Shown here: positions 46,275-56,626 of the stretch, in pieces
Numbering within the stretch: the first letter of the stretch is position 1
Layout: each line of letters begins with the position of its first letter
Source of the DNA: an uncultured Flavobacteriaceae bacterium
GTDB taxonomy: Bacteria; Bacteroidota; Bacteroidia; NS11-12g; UBA955
DNA length: 64,000 nt
Direction: 5' to 3'
NCBI GenBank assembly: GCA_964626685.1
Contig: CAZVJY010000009.1
Span: forward strand, 116-64,115
Notes under the pieces: generated by a model
The model's database searches: none
Told to the model about the DNA's origin: nothing
What the model saw: only the letters and a program-made list of their open reading frames with translations
Translations under genes and position numbers: made by a program

Positions 46275-47666
46275 ATGTCAACTGTCTTATTAATTCAATC
46301 GAAAGAAGCGATTTCCGGCGCAAACATACCGGAGCCTGTTAAACAATACTTTCAGGCGGTTTTTGATAGAGATTCATGGAGCCATGTCTACCGCGGACAG
46401 GAAGGCGTATTTTACCTCGAAAAGGTGGGTAAGACCGAAGGGCATAAAGAAACGGAAAGATTAAGAAAGGCCGGAAGTGTTATTGCTAAATCGTTAAATT
46501 CCGATAAGATCAATTCTGTAAATATACACAACACTGATGCAGCTGCGGATTTTGGGCTCGCGCTGGCAGAGGGTCTGGCACTAACCAATTATAAATTTGA
46601 CAAATATCTTAAGGATCGCGAAAAGACCGCGCTTACGCTCACATCTGTTGAGTACAGGGGAGCAGGTGCGGAGCAGTGGAATGCAGTGAAAACCATCGTA
46701 GAATCTGTATTTGTGGCCAGAGATCTGGTGAACGAACCGGTTTTGGGATTAAATGCAACCGGCCTTGCAGACAAATTTGTTCAGTTGGGTCAGCAGGCGG
46801 GATTCTCGGTAGAAGTTTGGAATAAAGCAAAGATAGAGAGTCAGAAGATGGGCGGTCTGCTTTCCGTAAACAAAGGAAGCCAGGATCCTCCCACTTTTAG
46901 CATCATGGAATACAAACCGGCCAATGCTAAAAACACGAAACCCATCGTACTCGTTGGTAAAGGCGTTGTTTTTGATACCGGCGGATTAAGCCTGAAACCG
47001 ACACCGGCCAGCATGGATTATATGAAGTGCGATATGGCGGGCTCGGCTGTGGTTGGCGGTGTAATGTATGCCGTTGGTAAGCTGAATCTGCCAGTATGGG
47101 TAATCGGCCTGGTGCCTGCCACCGATAATCGTCCCGGAGAAAATGCTATTTGTCCGGGTGATATTATCACAACATTCGACGGCACAACCGTAGAAGTGCT
47201 GAATACCGATGCGGAAGGTCGTTTGATTCTGTGCGACGCACTGGCGTTTGCCAAAAAATATGAACCGGAACTGGTAATGGATTTTGCAACACTCACAGGC
47301 GCCGCTGCCAGGGCTCTCGGAGCATATGGTAGTGCCATGATGGGAACAGCCGATGAATCGGTTAAAAACGCCGTAAAAGCCGCTGGTGATAAAGTATACG
47401 AGCGTCTGGCAGAATTTCCATTGTGGGAAGAATACAGCGAGGAGATGAAAGGTGATATCAGCGACCTGAAAAACCTGGGTAAAGCCGAAGGTGGAGCTCA
47501 GACAGCAGGCGCTTTCCTAAAATACTTTACCGATTACCCCTGGCTGCACTTTGATATCGCCGGTACGGCATTTAATCATGCCCCTGATGCGTACCGCGTG
47601 AAAGGTGGAACAGGTGTGGGTGTGCGCATGGTGGTGCAGTTTTTAATCAATAAAGCGAATGGATAA
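46275..47666 (+). CDS. pepA: Leucyl aminopeptidase (M17)
   Basis: NTDAEGRLILCDAL signature and VGKGVVFDTGG. Confidence 0.9.
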   Translation: MSTVLLIQSKEAISGANIPEPVKQYFQAVFDRDSWSHVYRGQEGVFYLEKVGKTEGHKETERLRKAGSVIAKSLNSDKINSVNIHNTDAAADFGLALAEGLALTNYKFDKYLKDREKTALTLTSVEYRGAGAEQWNAVKTIVESVFVARDLVNEPVLGLNATGLADKFVQLGQQAGFSVEVWNKAKIESQKMGGLLSVNKGSQDPPTFSIMEYKPANAKNTKPIVLVGKGVVFDTGGLSLKPTPASMDYMKCDMAGSAVVGGVMYAVGKLNLPVWVIGLVPATDNRPGENAICPGDIITTFDGTTVEVLNTDAEGRLILCDALAFAKKYEPELVMDFATLTGAAARALGAYGSAMMGTADESVKNAVKAAGDKVYERLAEFPLWEEYSEEMKGDISDLKNLGKAEGGAQTAGAFLKYFTDYPWLHFDIAGTAFNHAPDAYRVKGGTGVGVRMVVQFLINKANG

Positions 47667-48729
47667 GATAAAGCCTGTAATCGGGATAACACAGGGCGAT
47701 CCCAACGGTGTAGGATTGGAACTCATCATACGCACGTTCGCCGATGAGCATATTTACAAATATTGTACCCCTGTTGTTTATGCATCGCCTAAAAGCTTTG
47801 TGTTTTACAAAAAGCAGCTGAACCTTCAGGAGCCAATGTACCATTTGGTTCAGAGCGCCGCCGAAGCCAAAGAAGGTAGACTGAATCTGGTGGTAAGCAG
47901 CGATGCAGGTATGGAAATTACGCCCGGTCAGGCCTCTGATGCTGCGGGTAAAGAGGCATTGCTGGCTCTGGATAAAGCGCTTGCCGATGCCGCTGCCGGA
48001 CATTTGCAAGCCATGGTTACGGCACCGCTTGATAAAAATACTGTGGCGGCCAACCTGTCTGGTTTTAGCGGACACACCGGCTACATTGCTGATAAACTGG
48101 GAGTGGATCGCTATGCCATGGTACTGGTGAGTGAAAATCTGCGCGTGGGACTGGTGACGGAACATTTGCCCGTCAGTCAAATTGCACAGGCAATAACAAC
48201 AGATAAAATCGTTGCCAAGTTGAACATACTTCACGCTTCCTTGCGTGAAGATTTTGCTTGTACAAAGCCACGTATCGCAGTACTTGGGCTCAATCCGCAC
48301 GCGGGCGATGGTGGTTTACTGGGAAAGGAAGAGATTGAAATCATCAAACCGGCCATTGCCAAAGTATTTGGTGATGGCAAACTTGTATACGGGCCATATT
48401 CTGCCGACAGTTTCTTTGGCAGTGGTGCCTATAAGAGTTTTGACGGTATACTGGCCATGTATCATGACCAGGGATTAATTCCATTTAAAACATTTGCTTT
48501 TTACGATGGAGTCAATTACACCGCAGGTTTGAATGTAGTTAGAACCAGCCCTGACCATGGCACTGCCTACGATCTGGCAGGGAAGGGAACCTGCGAAACA
48601 TTGTCTTTCCGCAATGCGATTTACGAGGCCATCGGTATCGTGAGAAATCGCCTGCAGCATCATGAGGATTATGAAAATCCATTGCCGTACGCTGAACTGA
48701 GAAGGGAAAAGTTCAGAATTGATTTTTAA
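47659..48729 (+). CDS. pdxA: 4-hydroxythreonine-4-phosphate dehydrogenase
   Basis: FSGHTGYIA, LGLNPHAGDGG and SPDHGTAYD motifs. Confidence 0.92.
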   Translation: MDKIKPVIGITQGDPNGVGLELIIRTFADEHIYKYCTPVVYASPKSFVFYKKQLNLQEPMYHLVQSAAEAKEGRLNLVVSSDAGMEITPGQASDAAGKEALLALDKALADAAAGHLQAMVTAPLDKNTVAANLSGFSGHTGYIADKLGVDRYAMVLVSENLRVGLVTEHLPVSQIAQAITTDKIVAKLNILHASLREDFACTKPRIAVLGLNPHAGDGGLLGKEEIEIIKPAIAKVFGDGKLVYGPYSADSFFGSGAYKSFDGILAMYHDQGLIPFKTFAFYDGVNYTAGLNVVRTSPDHGTAYDLAGKGTCETLSFRNAIYEAIGIVRNRLQHHEDYENPLPYAELRREKFRIDF

Positions 48730-51700
48730 CGCATCAGCGTCAATACCCCTGATTTATAATAGGGCTTGAAGTTGCTTCTGAAACTCGCAGTCCAGGTATA
48801 AACCCCGTCCGGAGCCATTACGCTTCCGTAATTACCATCCCAGAAAGTCTGTCCTTCGAGGTTTTGCCATATTTTTTCGCCCCAGCGGTTGTAAATGGTA
48901 ATTTTCAATTCCTGAACATCCTTTATTGTAGGGCCCCATACGTCATTTCGTCCGTCACCGTTCGGTGAAAACGCTGTTGGTACATACCAGATAAGCTTGC
49001 AGTTGCTGCCAATCAGTATTTCGTCGTCTCCGATACAGCCATTGTTGTCTGTTACTTTCACGCTGTACTTGCCATACTGTCTGGCTACGATGCTGTTGGC
49101 CGCAGAACCGGTACTCCAGCTCACCAGCGAATAGCCTCCGCCCACCGTAAGCGGATAATCAAACATTCCGCAAAAAGCGGTATCGAGACCAAGGTCGGGT
49201 CTGGGTGAAGGATAGACCCTAATTAAGACACTGTCGCTGCTGATGCCACACGTGTTGGTTGCTGTCACAACATATGTACCTGCTCTATTTCCCGTTATCT
49301 TTAATCCTGATTCCCCTGTGTTCCACGTATATTGAGCTGCACCTCCCGCGGCAGTGGCGGTTAAGGTGGGTATGGGGCTGACAATATCACAGAATGATAG
49401 ATCTGACGGGGCAGTTATTTTAGGTGAGCTTAAAAAGATAATGTTAAGGGTGTCCGTATATGTGCCACATTTGTTAGTTCCGCTGGCCCAATATTTACCG
49501 GTGCTTACAATGGTTCTATTGTTAACTACTGATCCATTCTCCCACTGAATTTGGTTCAGGTGCTGAATTGTTCTTGGAACAATTTGCCAGGAGGCAGCGT
49601 CACAAATAATGGTATCAGTACCCACATTTATAAACGGACTGAAACCACGTTCTACGCGGAAACTGGCCTGACTCGTACCACAAATACTTTCAGCAGTAGC
49701 TGTAATAATACCGGTATCTTTAATTTTTAGTTGTCTGCCAGTATCGCCTGTGCTCCATCGGATGTTGGCAAAGCTGTTGTCATTTACTGTTTGAGTCAGT
49801 TGAAAATCATCACACCATAACATTTTACCCAGTGTAAAGGGTTTTGGGATTTTCCCCATCTTAAGTCTCACTGTATCGGTGTAAGATTTACAGCTGTTGC
49901 TGATATTTACAGTATAAGTGCCTGCTTTGGTGAATGTTCTTGCGGAGTCTTTATTGCCGTCATTCCAGGTTAAAACAGTCCATTTTGATAATCCTTTGCG
50001 TAAAATGCGAAAACTGTCTTTGTCACATATAAGGGTGTCGGTGTCGAATGAAATGGCAGGGATACTATCTGCAGAAATACGCACTGTATCGGAAAGAGAG
50101 CCGCATTGGTTGTTAATATTAACCATGTAGCTACCTGATTTTGAAATGGATATTTCTCTAACAGTATCAGGCGTATTCCATTGGTAATTGGCCGAAATGG
50201 TATCGCTGCCTGATTTCAGTGCAAAGGAGAATGGCTTGCAAAGCAGGGTGTCTTTTTGCCAAATGCCACGGATGGGTTTATATTGTTTGGTAACCTGAAT
50301 GGTGTCATAGCGCCATTGACAAATGGGTGTCCACATTGAAAGTGTATACTTGCCGGAGCTGCTGGCAAAGATTTTTTGTGTTGTTTCTCCTGTATTCCAT
50401 TCATATTTAATACCCTTAATGGTATCGTTTTTTGCATCCAGCAGAAGGCCATACTTGTCACAAATCAAAGTGTCTTTGGGTAAATGCAACTTGGCGCTGG
50501 GAGCAATCAGAAATTGCACTGTGTCTGATTTGGAGCCACATCCATATGTGACTGTAACCCAATATTTTCCTGGTTTTTGCACAATGAAAAACGGGGAGGT
50601 GCTTCCGTTCTGCCAAACATAGGATGCTCCGGGATTTCCGGCTTCAAGAATACGGAAATTTCGATCGCATTGAATTACGCTATCGTCAAAGTTTATGGGG
50701 TCAACCTCAAGCGTATCTCGCCATTTCACCAGTCTGCCAACGAAGGAGTTGTTTCTGTTTGTTGGCGGATTGGGTTTCCATGCATTTGCTGTAGGAAAAC
50801 CAGTGCCAAATCCCCATCCGCCCATGATTATATGCGTCACACATCCCAATCTTCTTGTCTGAACGGCTAAAAAATAGTCAGTACCATCACCACCGAAATA
50901 AGACAAATACTTGAAGGCGCCATCTATGGACAATTTTCCGATGAAACCGTCCCAGCCGCCCTTCAGCGTCTTTTGATAAGCATCAGGTGTAACCGGTAGA
51001 TTGGGACTATTGGTGCTTCCTGCAAACACACACTCATTTTTTGCGTTGATACTAATTCTTTGGCGCCAGGCATATGTGCTATTGGTTATATAGGTGGTCC
51101 AACGGGGAAAAATGCCGTTTTTGAAAATTCGCATGATAAAGTTTGCGCCATTCCATCCTGTGGTAGAACCTCCCGGAAAAGCATTGGTGGCTGCTGGTAA
51201 ATCATTGGCTCCGGCAATTCCTTGAACATAAATATCTTCATTGTCATCTACCGTTATGGCAGAAATGTAATCATAACCAGTGGTTCCGATGTATTTACTA
51301 ATTAGATATTTGGTAAAACCAGAATCAACTTTAAACAAAAATCCATCATAAGCACCTCCTCTGTAAAAGCCTCCAAAATTGCTTCTGCCAGGGGTTACTG
51401 GAAGATTGTCGCTGTTGGTCCAACCGGCAGCGTATACGTTATTCTTTTTATCAATGCTTAAGGCGTAAACGTATTCAAAGCCAGAACCTTTCAGTTCAAC
51501 ACAGTTTAATATTGCACTTCCAGACTGATTGAGTCGAATAATATTCGCTTCCCATGATCCTCCAACCTGTCCTGTGGGATTGATATTGGCAGTTATTGGA
51601 TAGGGGTTGTCGCCATAAGGTGCAACATATACCTGACCGGCAGCGTTTGCCTGAATTACCCAGCAGTATCCTTTTATGTATGTTGAGTAAATAAGTGAGC

Positions 51701-52877
51701 TTCCATTGGATTTGATACCGATTACAAAGCTGGTGTAGGGTGTTGTAACGGGTTTAACAGGTTCAAGTACACCCGGTGTTACAGGGAAATTAAGCGAATT
51801 GGTATATCCGGTAATGTAGGCATCGCCATTTTCAAGTGTGGCCATTGCATAACCGTAGTCGGCAAGCAAACCGCCTATGTAAACGAAAAAGTCAGGAGCA
51901 CCGCCTCCGGATGGAATCTTGCACAAATAGGCGTCGGATGCACCAGCAAGCGTGGTGTCATAAGTTCCCGGCTTACCGGGAAATTTATCGTAAGTAATGC
52001 CTGTTATGTAAGAGTTATTGTCGCCGTCTACATTTACATCATATATGTAAGTAAATGGATTTACGAGGCTGCTGCCATAAAAAAAAGTACTGTAATCCAG
52101 GTAAAAAGGGTCAACCACAGCGCCATGGTTATTTTTGAAGTCTTCAGGAAAACGAATTGCAAATGTGCTTTTACCGGTTTGAATGTACTTTACATCAAGC
52201 GCTGTTTGTGCGTCATTTGATTCATAGCTGTATGGAATGCTGTCAATCAGTTGTCCGTATTTGCTGGTGAGCCTGATATTGCCTCTTTCATCCAGCCCTG
52301 TTTCCGTGAAGCCGTTAATGTTGAATTCGATATTGGGATTGATACCCGGTTTGATGATGTAATCTATTTTAAAGATTCCATTTTTGCTACTAAAGACAGC
52401 GTCTACACCTTCGTATAAATTTGTAATTTTAAGGCTTTCAAATTGTTGCGGGTAAACAATGTTGCCGTTTTGATGAATGCTTGCATATCCAATTTTGTTT
52501 TCAACGGGATTTACAGCTGTGTAACGAAAAGCCTGCGATTGCAAATACCTGATTTCCCAAACCTGAAGAAGAACCTCAGGGTCCTGCAGTGTTTCTTCAC
52601 CTGGAACCGGTTTCTGGACAGCAAAGGTTTTATCCTTCGGAGTGGCAATAGTAAAGACAATTTTATCAGAGTAAAAACCAGCCTGAAAAAAACCGCTGCG
52701 AAAGTGGTAAAGACTACCATCATTCCACTGTCCTTCATTTTTCATGAATGTGGTTTTGCCCACCGCTACATCGAGCTGTTTGGGTAAATCTACTGCATGC
52801 AAAAAAGACACGCAAAACAAAAACAACACCAGGAAGGCATGTAGATGTAATGATATTTGACTTGTTTTGCGTTTCAT
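48726..52877 (-). CDS. Giant secreted protein: beta-propeller (SBBP-like) repeats, eight Cys-bracketed modules, T9SS type-B C-terminal domain
   Basis: Signal peptide ...FLFCVSFLHA. Recurrent YxxGxTxSxxxPVTPG units (YITGYTNSLNFPVTPGV, YAAGWTNSDNLPVTPGR, FAGSTNSPNLPVTPDAY). C-terminus is VPTAFSPNGDGRNDVW...YNRWGEKIW...FWDG...GVYTW. Confidence 0.85.
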   Translation of the reverse strand: MKRKTSQISLHLHAFLVLFLFCVSFLHAVDLPKQLDVAVGKTTFMKNEGQWNDGSLYHFRSGFFQAGFYSDKIVFTIATPKDKTFAVQKPVPGEETLQDPEVLLQVWEIRYLQSQAFRYTAVNPVENKIGYASIHQNGNIVYPQQFESLKITNLYEGVDAVFSSKNGIFKIDYIIKPGINPNIEFNINGFTETGLDERGNIRLTSKYGQLIDSIPYSYESNDAQTALDVKYIQTGKSTFAIRFPEDFKNNHGAVVDPFYLDYSTFFYGSSLVNPFTYIYDVNVDGDNNSYITGITYDKFPGKPGTYDTTLAGASDAYLCKIPSGGGAPDFFVYIGGLLADYGYAMATLENGDAYITGYTNSLNFPVTPGVLEPVKPVTTPYTSFVIGIKSNGSSLIYSTYIKGYCWVIQANAAGQVYVAPYGDNPYPITANINPTGQVGGSWEANIIRLNQSGSAILNCVELKGSGFEYVYALSIDKKNNVYAAGWTNSDNLPVTPGRSNFGGFYRGGAYDGFLFKVDSGFTKYLISKYIGTTGYDYISAITVDDNEDIYVQGIAGANDLPAATNAFPGGSTTGWNGANFIMRIFKNGIFPRWTTYITNSTYAWRQRISINAKNECVFAGSTNSPNLPVTPDAYQKTLKGGWDGFIGKLSIDGAFKYLSYFGGDGTDYFLAVQTRRLGCVTHIIMGGWGFGTGFPTANAWKPNPPTNRNNSFVGRLVKWRDTLEVDPINFDDSVIQCDRNFRILEAGNPGASYVWQNGSTSPFFIVQKPGKYWVTVTYGCGSKSDTVQFLIAPSAKLHLPKDTLICDKYGLLLDAKNDTIKGIKYEWNTGETTQKIFASSSGKYTLSMWTPICQWRYDTIQVTKQYKPIRGIWQKDTLLCKPFSFALKSGSDTISANYQWNTPDTVREISISKSGSYMVNINNQCGSLSDTVRISADSIPAISFDTDTLICDKDSFRILRKGLSKWTVLTWNDGNKDSARTFTKAGTYTVNISNSCKSYTDTVRLKMGKIPKPFTLGKMLWCDDFQLTQTVNDNSFANIRWSTGDTGRQLKIKDTGIITATAESICGTSQASFRVERGFSPFINVGTDTIICDAASWQIVPRTIQHLNQIQWENGSVVNNRTIVSTGKYWASGTNKCGTYTDTLNIIFLSSPKITAPSDLSFCDIVSPIPTLTATAAGGAAQYTWNTGESGLKITGNRAGTYVVTATNTCGISSDSVLIRVYPSPRPDLGLDTAFCGMFDYPLTVGGGYSLVSWSTGSAANSIVARQYGKYSVKVTDNNGCIGDDEILIGSNCKLIWYVPTAFSPNGDGRNDVWGPTIKDVQELKITIYNRWGEKIWQNLEGQTFWDGNYGSVMAPDGVYTWTASFRSNFKPYYKSGVLTLMR
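49008..50696 (-). repeat. Eight tandem ~70-aa modules (protein-level repeat) in the giant T9SS protein
   Basis: The pattern DT(L/I)xC-x(15-25)-Y/W-x-W-x(2)-G-x(15-20)-G-x-Y-x(8-10)-C-x(3-5)-D(T/S) repeats eight times, e.g. DTLICDKYG..YEWNTGET..GKYTLS..CQWRYDTI and DTLICDKDS..LTWNDGNK..GTYTVN..CKSYTDTV. Confidence 0.65.
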
Positions 52878-52890
52878 GTATTTAATTAGA

Positions 52891-52898
52891 CAAAGATA
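52891..52898 (-). promoter_or_regulatory. Candidate -7 box (TATCTTTG on minus strand) for the giant T9SS gene
   Basis: Exact TAnnTTTG, 13 nt upstream of the ATG at 52877. Confidence 0.3.
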
Positions 52899-52924
52899 GG
52901 TGTTTGGCTGTTGCCTAACGATTG

Positions 52925-54178
52925 TTAGTTAGCTTTAAATTCTGCTGAAAGCAAATCCTTTAACAATGCCATGACACAATTGGCAGCCCGCTGCATGAAT
53001 TGTTCCCTTGAACCAAACAAATGAAATTTCTTTACGCTCGTGCCTTTTGCAGTGGCTATGCCAATGTATATAAGACCGACCGGCTTTTCATCGGTTGCAC
53101 CTCCGGGTCCTGCAATTCCTGTAGTGCTTACTGCTATGTCAGCATTAAACTTATTCAAGGCAGCCTCGCACATATAGCGTGCGCACGTCTCACTCACAGC
53201 ACCTTCAGTATTGAAAACAGCTTCCGGAACTCCCAGTTCGTTGTGCTTGATTTCATTGGCATACGAAATAATGCTGCCGTTAAAAACCTTGGAAATTCCG
53301 GGTTCCACCACCAGCTGATTGGCAATGTACCCGCCAGTGCAGCTTTCAGCCAGTGTGATCTTGATTTTATGTTTTATGAGAAGATTCGCTATATGCTTTA
53401 CCGGGCTGATATCTTCTTTTACCAATATGGCATCTCCGCATATTGCGCACATCCTGTCAAAATAACCGGTTACTTCTGCTCTGAGAATTTCGCCATCATC
53501 CGATTGTCCCGACAAACGAAGTTTAACCGTATTCAGGGCAGGCAGATATGCCAGTTTAATGTGTGGCGGAAGGGATTGTTCAAATTCTTCCAGCTGTTTG
53601 CTTAGCAGGCTTTCGGGTATGCCTACGGTAACAGCTGTATAGTGTAGGATTTCAGGTGTTTTAAAACGTGCTTTAATCCGTTGAAAAACCCTGTTTTCCA
53701 TGATATGCATCATTTCATTAGGTACGCCCGGCATGCTCACGAGTACTTTGCCGTTTACATCGAACCACATACCCGGTGCAGTTCCCACTTCATTGGGAAG
53801 TACTTCACATAATTCCGGAACATCCGCCTGTTGTTTGTTTATTTCCAGCAACTGCCTGCCTCTGCGGGCAAAGATCTTTTCCAGGTGGGCTGAAACGGAA
53901 TCATCTCTTCTGAAGCCACAGTTATAGAGTTTTGAGAGTGTTTTTTTGGTTATGTCATCTTTTGTGGGGCCCAATCCACCAGTTATAAGTAAAAAATCAA
54001 CCCTTTGCAAGGCTTCATTTACAGCAGTGATAATTTCGGATTCACTATCACTGATGGCAGTTTTCCTGCTTATTTGAATACCATACTGCGCGAGATTTTT
54101 TCCAATCCAGGCGCTGTTGGTATCTACCGTCTGGCCAATAAGCAATTCATCACCAATGGTTATTATCTCCGCGTTCAT
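52925..54178 (-). CDS. cinA: CinA-family protein (MoCF-binding domain plus nicotinamide-nucleotide amidohydrolase PncC domain)
   Basis: TGGLGPTKDDITK in the N-domain. C-terminal ...ESCTGGYIA...STTGIAGPGG. Confidence 0.9.
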   Translation of the reverse strand: MNAEIITIGDELLIGQTVDTNSAWIGKNLAQYGIQISRKTAISDSESEIITAVNEALQRVDFLLITGGLGPTKDDITKKTLSKLYNCGFRRDDSVSAHLEKIFARRGRQLLEINKQQADVPELCEVLPNEVGTAPGMWFDVNGKVLVSMPGVPNEMMHIMENRVFQRIKARFKTPEILHYTAVTVGIPESLLSKQLEEFEQSLPPHIKLAYLPALNTVKLRLSGQSDDGEILRAEVTGYFDRMCAICGDAILVKEDISPVKHIANLLIKHKIKITLAESCTGGYIANQLVVEPGISKVFNGSIISYANEIKHNELGVPEAVFNTEGAVSETCARYMCEAALNKFNADIAVSTTGIAGPGGATDEKPVGLIYIGIATAKGTSVKKFHLFGSREQFMQRAANCVMALLKDLLSAEFKAN

Positions 54179-54227
54179 GACATTTAATAAACCAATGAAA
54201 ACTTTTTAAGTTTCATGACTGGCCTTA

Positions 54228-54235
54228 CAAAAATA
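54228..54235 (-). promoter_or_regulatory. Candidate -7 box (TATTTTTG on minus strand) for cinA
   Basis: Exact TAnnTTTG, 49 nt upstream of the cinA ATG at 54178. Confidence 0.3.
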
Positions 54236-54284
54236 CTGTTGGGGGCCAAATACATCCTAATTAAGATCAAACCAGGACGGAGTT

Positions 54285-54316
54285 AAAGAGAAAACCCGGC
54301 CGTTTCCGGTCGGGCT
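54285..54316 (-). terminator. Orphan rho-independent-terminator-like hairpin (minus-strand orientation)
   Basis: Stem CCCGGCCG/CGGTCGGG (54295-54302/54307-54314, one G-T pair) with loop TTTC. On the minus strand it is followed by TTTTCTCTTT. It lies upstream of the cinA promoter and is not downstream of any CDS. Confidence 0.4.
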
Positions 54317-54478
54317 TTCTATAATGAAAAGGAAAAAGGGTGCTATTTCGGATGAAATGGAACGCATATCCAAATCAACAATACAACATTAAGATACACT
54401 TTTTGGAGGTTATCAACCTTTTTATGGGACTTTTACACAATCTTTGTGTAAAAGTGAGGCTTATCTAAACTTTGTCAC

Positions 54479-54958
54479 ATGCAACCCATAGTGGTTTATA
54501 CAGACGGCGCAGCATTGGGCAATCCCGGACGCGGGGGGTATGCCGCAGTTCTGATGTATGGTGACAAAAGGAAGGAGATTTTTGGTGCCTATGAGCTCAC
54601 CACAAACAACCGCATGGAATTGCTTGCCGTTATTCGTGCACTGGATAACATAAAAAGCAGGGGCATTCCGGTTCATATTTATTCCGATAGCCAGTATGTG
54701 TGTAATGCCATCCTGAAAGGTTGGTTATTTGGCTGGAAGAAAAAGGGCTGGGCAAAGGTAAAGAATCCGGATTTGTGGCAGCGATTTTACCCGCTTTATG
54801 AGGTTTTTAAACCACAATTTCACTGGGTGAAGGGGCATTCCGGAATTCCTGAAAATGAGCGTTGCGATGTGCTTGCAACGCAGGCGGCAGCCAATGGTCC
54901 GTTTGGAAAGGATACCTGGTACGAAGCCCAGGCGGCATCTCAGGATAAGCTGCTTTAA
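54479..54958 (+). CDS. rnhA: Ribonuclease HI
   Basis: YTDGAALGNPGRGGYA, TNNRMEL and VKGHSGIPENERCDVLA. Confidence 0.92.
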   Translation: MQPIVVYTDGAALGNPGRGGYAAVLMYGDKRKEIFGAYELTTNNRMELLAVIRALDNIKSRGIPVHIYSDSQYVCNAILKGWLFGWKKKGWAKVKNPDLWQRFYPLYEVFKPQFHWVKGHSGIPENERCDVLATQAAANGPFGKDTWYEAQAASQDKLL

Positions 54959-56622
54959 TCCCTGAACATGTCAAGAAGTTCACGGGCATTGTCCAGAGCA
55001 GCCGTGCCCGCTGTGGTGCCTGAAAGCATGTATCCCATGTGATGTATGCGTTCATCGTGGTTTAGCATTGCTAGTTTGCTTTCCGTAAATGATGCTGATT
55101 CTTCTTTAAAAATACGAAAATGACTGTTGCCGGCAGCAGCAACCTGCGGCAAATGTGTGATACAGATAAGCTGATGACCAACAGCCATATTCCGCATCAT
55201 ACGCGCCATCTGAAGTGCAACTTCACCGCTGATTCCCGTATCAGCCTCATCGTAAATAAGGGTAGGTAAAGTCTTCTTCATGGCGGTGAGACTTCGTAGG
55301 CAAAAGTTTACCCTGGATAGTTCTCCGCCCGAGGCAGCTTTTTCAAGAGGCAGGAGGGGAGAGCCGGCGTTGGCTCTGAAGGTCATGGATAATGAGCCCG
55401 TGCCGTGTATGGCCGGTTTTGTCTCATGATAAACCCATTCACATTCCAGTTTTGCGTGCGGCATTCCCAGTTTTTGCAATTGTTCGCCCACAGCCTTCAC
55501 AAGCAGCTGTCCCGATTTTTCCCGGCTTGCTTGAAGTGAACTTCCCAGCAGAATGACTTTTTTCTCGCATTCAAGGATGTTTGCATCTGCCTTTTCTAAT
55601 GCTTCATCAAGGTTGTGGGCCTCCTGCAGTTTTTGGTCAAGTTCTTTCATGATAGCAATAAGACCGGCTGCAGAATCCGTCCCATGCTTTCTGAATAGCA
55701 GCTGAAGACGAGCTTGCCTTTCCTGAAGGTTTTCAAGCTGTTCAGGCTTATTTTCGGCCATTTGTCCGCTGCTTTCTATTTCTCTCGATAGTTCCTTTAA
55801 CTCTTCAGCTATCCCTTGCAAACGGTTTTTATAGGTGTCTGCATTGTCGAAAAATCGCTCGGCTTGCCGAAACAATTGCTTGATGCTGTTAATTCTGTCT
55901 GTGATGGAAGATTCGTTTTCAGTGAGTTCATTCACAGCCTGCCGACAGGTTCGGCTAATTTCATCGGCATTGGCAAGAATCCGGATTTGGGTTTCCAGTT
56001 CTGACTCTTCATCTTCAAGCGGGGAGAAGGTGGCTAGCTCATCGTGCTGGAAACGAATAAAATCCTGCTCTCTGTCGAAAGAAGCCTTTTTGTCCAACAG
56101 TATTTTTCTATTTTCCAGAGCATTTTTCCATGCCCTAAATGCCGCCTGATATTCACTTTTCAAGGAATTATTCCCTGCAAAGTCATCAAGTATACTCAGC
56201 TGTTCCAGGGAATCAGAAATAAAGATACCAGTGTTTTGCGTGTGTACCTGTACCAGATGCCCGGCAAGGAGTCTCAGGGAAGTAAGCTGAACCGGAGTGT
56301 CGTTCACAAATGCCCTGCTTTTTCCCTGTGGGCTTATTTCTCGTCGAATAATGCAAACCGGCTCATAATCCAATTCCAGGGTTTCGAATATCGACTCAAG
56401 GTGTAAAGACCGAATATCAAATTCTGCCTCTACAATGCACTTTTCATTTTGATTCAGCAACACTGTCATCTCAGCCCGGTTTCCGGTTACCAGCCCAAGA
56501 GCACCCAGCAAAATACTTTTTCCCGCACCGGTTTCTCCGGTGATTACATTCATTCCTTTTTGAGGACTGAAAGTCAGTGATCTGATTAGGGCAAAGTTTT
56601 GTACCCGGAGTTGAAGCAACAT
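54955..56622 (-). CDS. recN: DNA repair protein RecN
   Basis: Walker A GETGAGKSILLGAL, long coiled-coil, signature ASGGELSRV, Walker B LIYDEADTGISG. Confidence 0.92.
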   Translation of the reverse strand: MLLQLRVQNFALIRSLTFSPQKGMNVITGETGAGKSILLGALGLVTGNRAEMTVLLNQNEKCIVEAEFDIRSLHLESIFETLELDYEPVCIIRREISPQGKSRAFVNDTPVQLTSLRLLAGHLVQVHTQNTGIFISDSLEQLSILDDFAGNNSLKSEYQAAFRAWKNALENRKILLDKKASFDREQDFIRFQHDELATFSPLEDEESELETQIRILANADEISRTCRQAVNELTENESSITDRINSIKQLFRQAERFFDNADTYKNRLQGIAEELKELSREIESSGQMAENKPEQLENLQERQARLQLLFRKHGTDSAAGLIAIMKELDQKLQEAHNLDEALEKADANILECEKKVILLGSSLQASREKSGQLLVKAVGEQLQKLGMPHAKLECEWVYHETKPAIHGTGSLSMTFRANAGSPLLPLEKAASGGELSRVNFCLRSLTAMKKTLPTLIYDEADTGISGEVALQMARMMRNMAVGHQLICITHLPQVAAAGNSHFRIFKEESASFTESKLAMLNHDERIHHMGYMLSGTTAGTAALDNARELLDMFRD

Positions 56623-56626
56623 TATT

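Noticed and set aside
47647-48300. 217-aa ORF antisense to the pepA end and pdxA start. Similar long antisense ORFs occur at 45545..46198 (ddl), 53021..53605 (cinA), 16688..17293 and 16950..17420 (moaA), 37073..37699 (scoB), 34653..35198 (M28/bshB1), 12879..13379 (lpxD) and 11391..11867 (lpxC/fabZ).
   Set aside because: Each is fully embedded opposite a gene with clear family motifs. None has a recognisable motif, signal or independent intergenic start context.
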